A stretch of 32,000 nt of DNA, taken from NCBI RefSeq assembly GCF_000400465.1, contig NW_008806274.1:240244-272243 (forward strand), written 5' to 3'. A program made the translations under genes and the position numbers. Positions 21,781 to 32,000 of the stretch are shown here, piece after piece. Source of the stretch: Wallemia ichthyophaga EXF-994 (lineage: Eukaryota; Fungi; Basidiomycota). Position 1 is the stretch's first letter. Each line of letters opens with the position of its first letter. The notes beneath the pieces are model-generated. The model made no database searches. It was not told where the DNA came from and saw only the letters and a list, made by a program, of their open reading frames with translations.

Positions 21781-22788
21781 TTAAACACCCATCCAATCGT
21801 TCAGAAGATCAACAAGTGGCTTTGATATTTTCACCGATTCCATGAGCGTGTCGAGGAAACCTTCACTTGTAACTTCATTATCGCTGAAGCGGCTTTCAAC
21901 GATAAAAGAGCGCAACTTGAGGAGGTCAATGTGAGGGTGATCTTTAGCGCAACCCTTAGGTGCCACCTTGAGCTCGTCGTCCATCTGTAGAGCTGGTTAG
22001 CGTGGATTATTATCAAAGGTCCACCTTCAACCCACCCCAAAAAGACTCTCGCGCTTCCCTTTCTCGCGTGCGTTAGGGCTGCCGAAATTTTTTACAAACG
22101 CGTCTTCCCCGATCACATCAAGCAGTGGTTGTGGGTCGGTGAGGATGTGATGGCGTATGCTCGCGAGCTCGTCCTTCTCTGCCTGCCACTTACCGACTGC
22201 AAAGAGAGTCCTACCGTTTGGTTGGACCATTAAATGATAGCCTGCACATACACCCTTCCTGCCAGTTTTTGAGAAGGTCATCATGAATTGCTTCCGATAG
22301 GGAGTCTTGTCATGAGCAAAGCGCAGATCACGTGAAAGACGGTAGACGAGGTCTTTTGAAGGGTATGGGGGGAGGTTGTCGTCCAAATCGATTGCACGGG
22401 TGACGAATTGCTGGGTAAAGTCGTTGAATTCGCTAAATTGACATTTGTAGGTGGCGTTGTTGAATTCATCATTAAGCCAATCACGCTGGTTACAGTGCTC
22501 GTATCTCAAACAATTGAGGAAGTCGAGCGTGTTACGTGATATTTGGCCTGGAGGAGCTTTGTGAGGAGGAGGGCATTGTGGGTGAGATGCAGTGTGTGCA
22601 GTGTTTGCTTCATTTGGTTTCTTTCGCTTGGTTGTTTGTTTTAAGTCAGATTCCGAATCAGATTCTGACACAGGTTCCGACACAGGTTCCGACTCAGGCT
22701 CCGAATGCTCCGAGTGCTCCGAGTGATCCTCGAACTGGCTATCGTCTGAGCTGGACTCTTGCTGCTGTTTACGCTTCCCAGACGGCAT
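21781..22788 (-). CDS. DUF2461 (CHP02453) family protein with acidic/basic N-terminal tail, 1 intron (~21985-22036)
   Basis: DLVYRLSRDLRFAHDKTPYR, FSKTGRKG..AGYHLMVQP and, after the intron, ELKVAPKGCAKDHPHIDLLKLRSF. Confidence 0.8.
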
Positions 22789-22839
22789 AGGTGATGGTGG
22801 TTAGAAGTTAAGAGAATGAGTGCGTCATTACAAAACAGA

Positions 22840-23269
22840 CTAATTTGGTTTCATGATGAGTGGGAGCTGATTGGTGGATTAGAAGGGTGTTTGATGGCTG
22901 ATACATGCACTCACATAAGAAGCAGTCACTGCGCCAATTCCTCTGTAGTTTATATTAGCAAATTTCACCACCGACAACACCCAAAACTCACAAGATCAAC
23001 GACGTTAAAGGTGACGTAGCCTCTGAGCATTTCAATGGGCTGTAGTTTATGAAGCAAATGGCAGCGGATATAATCGTTGGTATTGCGATACTCCAGTTCT
23101 TGCTGAATACTGTGAGTACACTGAGGAACATTACGCTGTTACCCGCTGAGTCTGCGATTCCAGAGGTGCCTGTAGGTTTACAGAAGTTTTTAGGCACAGT
23201 GAATTCTCTAACATTCTTCTCTTCAACTGGATTTGTACTGTCAATTAGCTTGAATGTCTGTGTAGTCAT
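22840..23269 (-). CDS. PAT complex subunit Asterix/PAT10 (UPF0139)-like small membrane protein, 2 introns
   Basis: Splicing two GTGAGT...CAG introns extends the ORF to ...SAAICFINYSPLKCSEATSPLTSLILGIGAVTASYLPLIMKPN*, which parallels the Asterix C-terminus (SFISFAN...MSSFMLSISAVVMSYLQ). It has three hydrophobic segments. Confidence 0.65.
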
Positions 23270-23290
23270 CGTCGTTCGAGGGCAACCATC

Positions 23291-23944
23291 ATGTCATCTG
23301 CACCAGCCACCCACAACTACACAGACACTGCCCACAGACTTATCCACCAATCAAAGCGCTCTATTCTCACATCCTCGCTCTACAACTACGACGACGCGTC
23401 CATCCGCGAGATCACGCGCGAGTGTCGCTACTTGAATGGCCAGATAAACAGCGCGATTGATGCACTCAGCAATCTCACTGAACACTCTTTACTAGACACC
23501 GACAAGCCCTCACTCGCACAGCTCACCATCCTCACTCTTAGTGCTCAGCGTAACAAACGGTGTCTTCTCGCATACCACCACCACCGCCTGTCCAAGCTAT
23601 CCACCCTCTACTGGCAGTCTGGCGCTGCACTCGCACACCTCCTCAACGAACACAACGGTAGCGGTATACGCCAGCTGATCAGCCCTCACGAACTCGACTA
23701 CCTCCGTTCATATGCGTCCCTCATCACCCAGTTCAAATCGCCCTTTCTCGATGTCGTCGATATCTCCTCTACCAGTCTCGAACCGCCGAAGGACCTGCAC
23801 ATATCAGTGCGCGTCGTCCGCGATGCTGGTCTCATCGAGACACACGGCGGCCCTGTCCATTTCAAAATTGGTCAGCGTTTCATGGTCGCCCGCTCGGATG
23901 TAGAGAGGTTACTCGTGCAGGGTTATTTGGAAGAAGTCGAGTGA
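23291..23944 (+). CDS. PSF1: GINS complex subunit Psf1, intronless
   Basis: RNKRCLLAYHHHRL, ISPHELDYLRSY, LEPPKDLHISVRVVRDAGLIETHGG and C-terminal DVERLLVQGYLEEV. Confidence 0.95.
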   Translation: MSSAPATHNYTDTAHRLIHQSKRSILTSSLYNYDDASIREITRECRYLNGQINSAIDALSNLTEHSLLDTDKPSLAQLTILTLSAQRNKRCLLAYHHHRLSKLSTLYWQSGAALAHLLNEHNGSGIRQLISPHELDYLRSYASLITQFKSPFLDVVDISSTSLEPPKDLHISVRVVRDAGLIETHGGPVHFKIGQRFMVARSDVERLLVQGYLEEVE

Positions 23945-23984
23945 GAATATATCATATGCCATTGTTTATTTACCATTAACTTAT

Positions 23985-26035
23985 TTAATACGTCACTTCG
24001 AGATCGAGCACGCCTGTGTTCATAGGCCTACTCGTCTCTTCGCCTCCCGCCAACGTCCTCCCATCCAGCTCCCAGCTGATGCTCGCGAGCGAGAAACCTT
24101 GTGTGCCTAGCTTACTCCCGCCGATATACTGCTTGTGTGTGTCCAGACCTTCCACCTCGGGTCCTACCGAAACCTTTTCCCACGTAGCCTCTGTTGATTG
24201 GTGTTCTAGTGTCCTGTGTGCCGTGTTGGTGTATATATCCAGCCTGCCGAGCTCATTGGTGCGCACATCCTCAAACCTGTGCTCAATCGGTGCCGCGTAT
24301 TTATCCTTCTTCTTCTTACTGGGAGGCGGAGGGCGGGGAAGCTTGACTTTGTGAGGTTTTGGTTGAGGAGTAGGAGTGAGTTGGGTGTGCGAGGAGTGCG
24401 ATGGTGCTTGTGAGTAAGACTGAGGCGAGCCTGATTGTAGCGCAGAGGCAACACCTTCACTTCCACTCGTGTCCATTCTCGCATCCTCATTCTCAGGTGT
24501 GTTGGGAGTGGCAGTACCATCTGTGCCGCTCACCCCAACCGTCGACTCCACCTTACTTTTGTTCTTCTTCATCCCAGCCATTTCCGCCTTCACAAGCACA
24601 CTGTGTGCCTCCTCCAGTCGCAACCGCTTGAGATAAGCTATCTCGTCATTCGTCGCGCGCACCTCGCGTGCATACACACTCGTCCAATTTTCGTGTGTGA
24701 TATTCTGACCGAGGAGTGCGCGTTTAGTGGCGTACGTTGTGGCTGGCGAGAAGAGGGCCGCACCGATATCGTATGCCCAGCCTCCGACAGCGCGCGACAG
24801 GAACTTTGTACCAAAATTGGGACCTGCGTTTGACAGTCCAGCTAGTTCCAAATCGTCATACTGCCCTTCATCCTCTACCGTGCATATCGTTCCTGGCTCT
24901 ATCTTCCTGTCCGCGCAGTACCGCCTCGCCCTGTCTTCGTAGTAGTCATCTTCGACGTGCTTCCCATTGACGAGGACCTTGGCGCCGAACAGCTTGTATA
25001 CGTTGCGCGCAGCGACTATCGTTACCGAGCGCGAACGCGAGTTGGCCGCTAATTTGCCTTCTCCTATCAACCTCTCCTTCTCATCTTGCTCCAAAGTCAG
25101 CTTGACGAGGTGCAGATTGCGTCTGAACATGTACAGACTGTCCTTAAACCCAGCACCGCGAGCAGCATCTATGGACAGCATATAAACTTTCTCCCGATCG
25201 TGGCGTAGGGATGATGTGAACGTGGGCATCTTGTAGCACCGTCCACCTAGCAAATTACCGTGCATGTCTACTTTTTGGTCACCGCGTACGTCATCGTCGA
25301 TCTCCAGCTCGTCTTCCGTATACCAGTAATCGTTGCCGCCTATCGAGCGCAGGATGCGTGGAGCTGGCTTTTCGGGAGCGATGTAGCCGACTAAGTGGGA
25401 GTGTGAGCGATACTAATAAACATTCGCTAGCACTCACAGTTTATCTCCTCCGTGCCATCCTCGTCACGGCGTCTGTTACCGAATCGACCGACACCCTTGG
25501 CGCGGTCTTTGTTGCGCGCGGCTGCTCGCCCTCTGCCACGTCCACGCCCGCGTGGCCGTCCAGATGGGGTGCCGCGCGGGGTTGATAGCCCCCTGCCGCT
25601 GCCTTTAGGTCTGCCACGGGGTCTACCTCTGCCTCGCTTCACTGGTGTTTCTGCTGTGTCTGGGGCGTCCGCTGTGTTTGCTGTGTCTGCAGGCGGGTTG
25701 TTGTCTGCAAGCAAATTCGTAAAGAGTACTACAGTGCGCTATTTGACCAACTCACTCGCTGTCTCTGCTTCTACTTGGCCATCTTGGGCGTTATCGTCGC
25801 CGTCTTCTACGTCGTTTTCGGCATCGTTTTCGGCGTCGTTGTCGGCGTCACCGTCGTTGTCGCCATCTCCATCGCCATCTCTCCATCTCCCGTCATCTCC
25901 ATCTCCATCTCCGTCTCCGCCGTCCTCCTCAGGATACTCGTCGCCGTCATCGTCGTAGTACTCATCGCCTTCGACATCCTGGTCGTGGTCGAAACCCGCG
26001 TATTTCTGGCGCGGTGTGCTGATTCTGCTGGACAT
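23985..26035 (-). CDS. RSC7: RSC/SWI-SNF subunit Rsc7/Npl6/Swp82 family with AT-hooks, 2 introns
   Basis: Three exons join in frame: an acidic N-terminus, a GRGRP AT-hook exon, then DELEIDDDVRGDQKVDMHGNLLGGRCYKMPTF...YMLSIDAAR..GFKDSLYMFRRN...RSVTIVAARNVYKLFGAKV...DDYYE. Confidence 0.85.
25800..25990 (-). repeat. Asp/Gly/Asn low-complexity coding repeat ((GATGGA)n-like)
   Basis: GAGATGGAGATGGAGATG and AACGACGCCGA-type repeats in Rsc7 exon 1. Confidence 0.7.
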
Positions 26036-26221
26036 TTAGTGATTGTGGTCGAGGTGCAAGGGGGAATGGCCGGGATAAACAATAAATAAGCCGCTTACAA
26101 TCAGCTACATTTATTCATTTAATATAAATTACACTCGCTGGAATCTGTGACGTATGCGTGGCTCACAGTGAGTGTTGCCCGTCTTCTCTTTCCACCGCGA
26201 CCACGACCAACAAACACAAAA

Positions 26222-26758
26222 ATGTTCTCAAGAATAGCACTCAGATCAACTCAAGCAGCCCAGCAAATCCCACGCCAATCCATCTCCACACCAAGAACGA
26301 TGCTCACTGCCGCAAAGAGTTTATACACAGCCAAAGCCTCAGCTACGGGCGGAGGACGCGCTAACGGCACCGCAAAATCGGAGACTACATCCTTCACAGT
26401 GTCCATTCAGCCACCAGGCAGTGAATCGAACACTAACCCAGAAGAACTCGTCGCCTTGGGCTACTCGACGTGTTTCCTTGGCGCTATGAAGGTGGCTGCT
26501 CAACAAATCGGCAAGAGCGGTCCATCCGATGCTGCCAAGTCATTTGCTGACGTTACGCTCAACAGCACTGACAGCAAGACGTCTCCTTTCACTATCTCCA
26601 CTCACCTCACTATCGAGGACACCAAACACGACATTGACACTCTCGTCGCCGTCGCGAAACAAACCCACACCGTTTGCCCTTACGAGATCGCCTTCAAGGG
26701 CAACATTAAGCAATCTTTCACTGCGATTGCCAAGGACGGCAAGAGTGAGTCATGGTAG
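26222..26758 (+). CDS. ohr: Organic hydroperoxide resistance protein (Ohr/OsmC family) with putative mitochondrial presequence, intronless
   Basis: LYTAKASATGGGR, TNPEELVALGYSTCF and HTVCPY...GN contain both catalytic Cys plus the conserved Arg and Glu. The N-terminal 26 aa are Arg/Ser/Thr-rich with no acidic residues. Confidence 0.85.
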   Translation: MFSRIALRSTQAAQQIPRQSISTPRTMLTAAKSLYTAKASATGGGRANGTAKSETTSFTVSIQPPGSESNTNPEELVALGYSTCFLGAMKVAAQQIGKSGPSDAAKSFADVTLNSTDSKTSPFTISTHLTIEDTKHDIDTLVAVAKQTHTVCPYEIAFKGNIKQSFTAIAKDGKSESW

Positions 26759-26823
26759 AGACAAGCTGTTTGTATGAATGAGTAATGCATCTTATTTGCC
26801 ATATATGTCTCATCTGCTATATC

Positions 26824-27920
26824 TCACAACCTCAGCCTCTCTGAAAGTGTCTTGGCTGCATGACTGAAAACTTTCCTCGCTTCTGCCGCTCCATTTGAAA
26901 TACTTGTTGAGCGTTCACTCTGACTCATAAGCGGACGCCCGTCATCACCGCCGCTGCTGACCTCCTTAGTCAGGGGTAGTCTACCGAGATCGTCCAAATG
27001 CAATTCGCGCAGTGCTCTATCATAGTTGCTGACGTCGCCGAATATCTCGTGTGGGTGTGAGCAGTGATCGCAGAGAAAGTGGGACATGTTGAGCATCATG
27101 CCTAGTATCTGTGGAAGGTGTGAGCAAGCCACATGGCACGAAACCCAATCCCACCTCGATATTCAGCTTGGAAAAGGTCGCTATGCCCTTGCGCGTGTCC
27201 AACAGAGCTACATCTTGAGGAGATGTGACTATGAGAGCGCCTGTGGTGGATGAGAAAGGAAAAAGGAAAAAGGAAAATTTTAGTGGTCAGCGGTTGTAAT
27301 CCATTTCAAGGAAACATCACCCACCACTGCTCTGCACTAGCTGTCCAACTGTGAGAGGCACATCACCTGTGCCGGGAGGCATGTCGACGACTAGATAATC
27401 CAGCGGTCGGTCGTGAATGCCCCTCCAGTCAGTATCGAATAGGAGCTGCTGGGTTGCTTTTTGCACAAGCAAACCGCGCCATACAACAGGCGTATCTTGT
27501 GCCTTGGGCCCGTTTTGAAGTAAGTAACCGATCGACATTGACGCAATGCCGTGGTTGGAGAGGGGCTTGAGTGCACCTTCACGCGTCAACTCAGCTTCCA
27601 TACCCTCCTTATCCAAACCAAGGAGTTTTGGTGTCGATGGACCAAATATGTCGAGATCGAGAAGACCAACCCGAGGGGAATTGTGCAGTTTGGATAACGA
27701 GAGTGCCAGATTGGCTGGTGGGGTGATTAGTGCGTGTATACAGCACTCCACACACACAGCACTCACTCGCTACTGATGACTTTCCAACGCCTCCTTTGGC
27801 GCTGGCTACGAGTATGGTGTGCTTGACGTGGGGAATTGGACGTTTCTTCAATGGCTCTGGTTTCTTCTTGGGCAAACCAAATGGATTTTCATGGGAAAGG
27901 CGTGATAGTGTTCTTAACAT
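26824..27920 (-). CDS. IND1: Mitochondrial Mrp/NBP35-family Fe-S carrier Ind1/NUBPL, 3 introns
   Basis: Deviant Walker A VASAKGGVGKSSVATNLAL, VGLLDLDIFGPS, VVWRG, DYLVVDMPPGTGD, GALIVTSPQDVAL and CxxC (FLCDHC), with a basic presequence. Confidence 0.92.
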
Positions 27921-27947
27921 TCACCACGTTGTATTTGAAAGAGAGAA

Positions 27948-28637
27948 ATGCGGGGATGGCTGGTGGCTGTGTATTTGGTGATTGTTGGGGTATATTTGAG
28001 TGGTAGACGGCCACCATACAGCTACTCAAATAGGCAGAACACATTACTCGTTATCGCCCACCCAGATGACGAAGTTATGTTCTTTGGGCCAGCGTTGAAC
28101 TATTTCCGAGGAGAGAGCAATTTACACGTTCTGTGCTTATCAACTGGAAACTCTAATGGATTGGGCATTGAACGTGAACAAGAGCTTTATCGCAGTCTGC
28201 GTGTATTTGGAGTGGAAAACAACAGGATTAGAGTGGTGGATGACGCGTTACTGGAGGATGGAATGGATTGGAGTACTCAGTACATTTCAAGTTCAGTCAC
28301 AGAGTACACAAACGCTCATAACATCCACACTGTCCTCACATTTGACCAATCAGGCGTGTCTTCTCATCCAAATCACATAGCCCTGAATAAAGGAGTTACG
28401 GCTATTGAGACGGTTGATATACGTAAATGCTTCCTCAGAACACACAGCATACCGATAAAGTACTCTTCGTTCACTTACCCGTTGCAAACTTCAGAGCTGA
28501 GCATATCGTCCACTTTCACAGAGTACGCTAGGTCTGTGGGTGGAATGCGTAATCACCAAACACAGCTTGAATGGTATAGACTGGGATACATACTCACAAG
28601 CCGTTATATGTGGATGAATGAATTTGATTGTATTTGA
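27948..28637 (+). CDS. GPI12: GlcNAc-PI de-N-acetylase (PIG-L/Gpi12), intronless
   Basis: N-terminal TM helix, LLVIAHPDDEVMFFGP, LCLSTGNSNGLG..RE.EL, LTFDQSGVSSHPNH, HQTQLEWYR and SRYMWMN. Confidence 0.93.
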   Translation: MRGWLVAVYLVIVGVYLSGRRPPYSYSNRQNTLLVIAHPDDEVMFFGPALNYFRGESNLHVLCLSTGNSNGLGIEREQELYRSLRVFGVENNRIRVVDDALLEDGMDWSTQYISSSVTEYTNAHNIHTVLTFDQSGVSSHPNHIALNKGVTAIETVDIRKCFLRTHSIPIKYSSFTYPLQTSELSISSTFTEYARSVGGMRNHQTQLEWYRLGYILTSRYMWMNEFDCI

Positions 28638-28643
28638 ATACGT

Positions 28644-28965
28644 TTAGTGATGCTGGGCTGGCGTGTATTCCTCCTTCCTTTGCCCCAGTTTACCCTCTCT
28701 AAACTCCCTAGCCCAGAGCATCGATGGTATCCACCTTGATGGCTCACGTGTCCTGTTCTCCTTGGCCGCTGAGTAGCTCCAAACGCCGTACGTCAGAAAT
28801 CCAATGCCGGTGAAAACGACGGCTGTGTTAGCCTTCCAATTGCGTGGATTAGTCCACCAGCCACCTGTTGGTGTCCAAACATCTTTTGGTACTGGGAATT
28901 GTGCTCCACCGCCCTACAAATGCGTGTTATAGACGCTTCATCTATAATCTCTCCGTTCTCACCAT
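28644..28965 (-). CDS. Small single-TM protein, probable complex I accessory subunit (NUUM/NDUFC1-like); absent from the ORF track; intron 28914-28962
   Basis: An ATG-only first exon plus a 49-nt intron gives MGGGAQFPVPKDVWTPTGGWWTNPRNWKANTAVVFTGIGFLTYGVWSYSAAKENRTREPSRWIPSMLWAREF...*, the MGGG..P.PK.VW...GGW...P.NW..NTA family. The gene call is firm; the subunit name is from memory. Confidence 0.75.
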
Positions 28966-29031
28966 TTTATATTTCCAGCGTGATTGTATTGGTGCAAGCG
29001 TATGAGCCCCTCCTTGATCCTGTACTATCAC

Positions 29032-30380
29032 ATGGAAAAACTTAGAAAAGCAGTTTACGATAGAAGACGAGGAATTGGCATCCTCGCTGCCGTAGCCACT
29101 GGCAGCTACTTTATTTGCTCCTATCTTAGCTCGAAATTGTCTGAGATCCAGGATCAGGCAGATAGAGATAGAGTCGCAAAGCAGAGGTGCGTTCAGAGTA
29201 TTCCAATGGCCCTACATAACCCCAGCTATCCAGCCTACGTCGCAAATTTTACCAAATTCTCCAGGATTCCACTTTCACAGTTATGGCTCTTCTACCTCCC
29301 CTTGAATCTCAACTCGATGGCATCTTTAACGTACATGCCATCACCGAAGAATTGAAAGAACGCGCTAAATCCCCATCAATGTCTCACTCTGCTGTTTTCT
29401 CAGAATCCTCACTCGCCCCGTCATCAGATGATAATGGCATGCATTCATCCGCAATCAGCAATGATTCCTCTGCTATTTCTCTTGGTGGTCACTCTGAGCA
29501 GTCTGCTCAATCTGAACACTCTAATTCCCTTCCCTCTTCAGATGCCTCCCCTTCAAGTCCACTTGCGAGCAAAATTTCGCAGCTAAAACTTAAGTCGAAA
29601 AAAGATCTCTGGGAGGAGCTCAAGGTTAGGACTGTCGCACAAACTATCACCATTCACTACGCCGTTACGTTGCTCACTCTTCTTACTCACATTCAATTAT
29701 CCCATCTTGGCAGAGAAGCATACATTGCTCAGCTGCGCGCACTAGCCAGATCCAGGGCACCAGTGCCATTTGAAACCGCAGATTATAGCAACAGCGACAG
29801 TGACACTTCGGACAAGACCTACCTCAGCCTCTCATGGTGGTTCATTTACTCAGGTCTTCCGAGACTATCTGAGCGTATCAAAGGGGTTGTAGATGATGTG
29901 ATTGGTGGCGCATCGCTCAGGGACACCATAGATGGATCTCGTCTGATTCAGTGGATTAAACAGATCAGAGCCAAACTCGACTGCGGTCCTGTCGAGGAAT
30001 TCCTCGACGAACTTTTCCCAATGACAGACAAAACGCTGATGGAGACCCTGGATGGTAACCAACATTCCAACAACGTGCATACGGGTGAGATGTTTGTCGA
30101 TTTAGTCGAGCAAACCCGCACCTCGCTCCTAACGTCCGACTTGAAGAGCATCATGACTGACTGTCTCAATAAGAGCTTCGATCAATTGGCAGCCTCACTT
30201 TCTCACCTCCCATCTAACAAACTTGCTTCGCAATTACCGAAAGTTAAAAAAAGCGGTCAGACATCCCTCCATTCTGTACCAAACGAGATGGTCGAAATGC
30301 TCGCAAATCACGACGATCTGCTCGCTTTTGACGCCCTTATCCAAACCAACTACGAATCTGCCATTGATAAGGTCAAGTGA
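29032..30380 (+). CDS. PEX3: Peroxin 3, 1 intron (29187-29233)
   Basis: Basic RRRG plus a TM segment, spliced AKQSLRRKFYQILQDSTFTVMALLP, then KKDLWEELKVRTVAQTITIHY, HIQLSHLGREAY and YLSLSWWFIYSG. Confidence 0.9.
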
Positions 30381-30611
30381 AAGTGAGTCATGTAATGGAG
30401 TGGACACGCCTATCCTATCTACTATTCTAGCATTCTAGTATCACAAATTGTATATCAAATCATACTTGTACTTGTATACGTTTAAATGAACGTGTATGTA
30501 ATTGCATTCGGGGCCGTTCAAGTGGCCGTGAAAATATTCAGCTCCGGAATGCATAACCTGAAATGGGACGGAGATGTCATTGTCGACATAAACCATCGAG
30601 ACAGCACACCA

Positions 30612-32000
30612 ATGAATGAGAAGAGCAACGAATTTTACTCTCTCAATGATGAAGAGTCGCTTCAGCCGCGGTCTAAAAGTAAGGGCAAAGATAGAGGAAA
30701 TGGCAACGGCAAAGGCAAGCAACGCATGTCCAATTTCTATCTCGGAGACAAGTACGACGAGACGCTAGAAGATCTAGAAGACAGTTTCTTCAATGCGTCG
30801 ACGTCCGCCAACAACAGGCACCACAGCACCACCACCAATTCACCATTACGACCAATCGGCAGCGAAGATTCCATCCAGCAGCTCAAAACTCATGCGGAGA
30901 ATTTCGTCAGCCATCACTCCCAACGTCTCTCGGAGACAGCGACAACAACGACGCCGAACAATAGCAGTCCCAGTGCTAGCACGACGACAAGCAGTGACAA
31001 CATATCCAATTTCTCCAATGCATGGGCGAATGCCAAGGCGCATATGAATTTGGGTGGCAGAAACAGCTTTGTTTCAGTTGATTCAGAGGATGGGGAAGGT
31101 AGGTTGCCACGGCCAGTCACCGCCCTAGGTGAAACGTCTATTCTGGGCAATTTGCTTGATCTTTACGCTCATAAAATCGTTGGGCAGCGTGTGTTGGCAG
31201 ATGGTGCACCAGCAGAAGCAGAAGCAGAAGCAGCAGTAGCGCCACTTCCATCACCACCACAGGGAAATATCTCAGGTAACGTGCCCAGGAATGACAGCCC
31301 AGCCGCACCCGAACAGGTCAAGATACCAATGACATCCCTTAATCGCCAGAGCAACCAGGAAACAGTGAGGAGCACGCCTAGTCACTCATCTATTCCCGCC
31401 GTGCGTAGCAGGTCGAACAGCCTGCCGGACGAGACTGGCGTTGCTGCTTCCTATCCACCCAGACCATCCCCAGGCAGGGATGCTAGACGCACATCGCAGC
31501 CTCCCAGGCCGAGCTTTAACATAAATTTTCCTCTCACGCCTGTCGATGAAAATGTTCCTGCGAGGAATAAACCTAACTTGAACATAGAAGTGAACAGGAA
31601 TAGGAGCATGGACTTGAGTAGAAATAGGAGCATGGATATTGAAAGAAACAGAAGCAGAAGCAACTCGGCTGAAAGCACCAAATCTTACACCTCAGTCAAT
31701 CATCTCCTCAAGTCTTTTCCAAATCACTCAAATTTTCACGGGGGCGCTGAATACGACGATGATGACGAAGCCAGTCCTGATGATCTCGCCGAGAATCATC
31801 CTATTAAGAAACTTATATCACCCAGAATGAGTACCGAAAGCGGCCCAAGAGACACATATCCACTTCTCGGAGGAGAGAAAGAAGCTAACGACCCAAAACG
31901 TCCTTCTGATCCGGTGAGCTTAGCTGGATAGAGTCTGTAGCGTCACTCACTTAACTCAACGCAGTTCGAAGATGAATTGGTTAAGAAGATCTCAGATTCA
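30612..32000 (+). CDS. Hypothetical protein with long disordered N-terminus, 3'-partial (possibly Prm10/DUF1212-type membrane protein)
   Basis: Long Ser/Pro/Asn-rich frame. An intron GTGAGC...CAG near 31914-31962 continues into FEDELVKKISDS at the window edge. The family guess rests only on SILGNLLDLY and is weak. Confidence 0.5.

Noticed and set aside
25452-26089. Plus-strand Ser/Pro-rich and Val/Ile-rich ORFs
   Set aside because: These are antisense shadows of the acidic and AT-hook repeats of RSC7.
1-32000. CRISPR arrays, transposons, rRNA or prokaryotic operons
   Set aside because: No spaced direct repeats, terminal repeats, transposase/RT motifs or rRNA signatures were seen. The sequence is intron-containing eukaryotic DNA.

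Overview
Eukaryotic, fungal (basidiomycete-like) genomic DNA. It is extremely gene-dense, with ~43-80 nt GT-AG introns and intergenic gaps as small as 6-27 bp; this looks like a Wallemia-type compact genome (inference). About 24 protein-coding genes could be modelled by manual splicing: SDO1/SBDS, hexokinase, SEC61, MET10, a YbjQ-like protein, IRC6/p34, MRT4, DOHH, NUP57, a DUF7137-like protein, ACS, BOR1, DUF2461, Asterix/PAT10, PSF1, RSC7, Ohr, IND1, GPI12, a small complex I subunit missed by the ORF track, PEX3 and a few unknowns. The standout is at 16249-16327: a circularly permuted tRNA gene, most likely tRNA-Thr(AGT). Its 3' half lies upstream of its 5' half across a 6-nt spacer. It has fully paired acceptor, anticodon and T stems, a surrogate A box in the leader, a bulge-helix-bulge-like splice junction formed by leader and trailer, and a T5 terminator. 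I know of permuted tRNA genes from a red alga, prasinophytes, a chlorarachniophyte nucleomorph and an archaeon, but not from fungi. No database searches were run; all family calls come from motif recognition.
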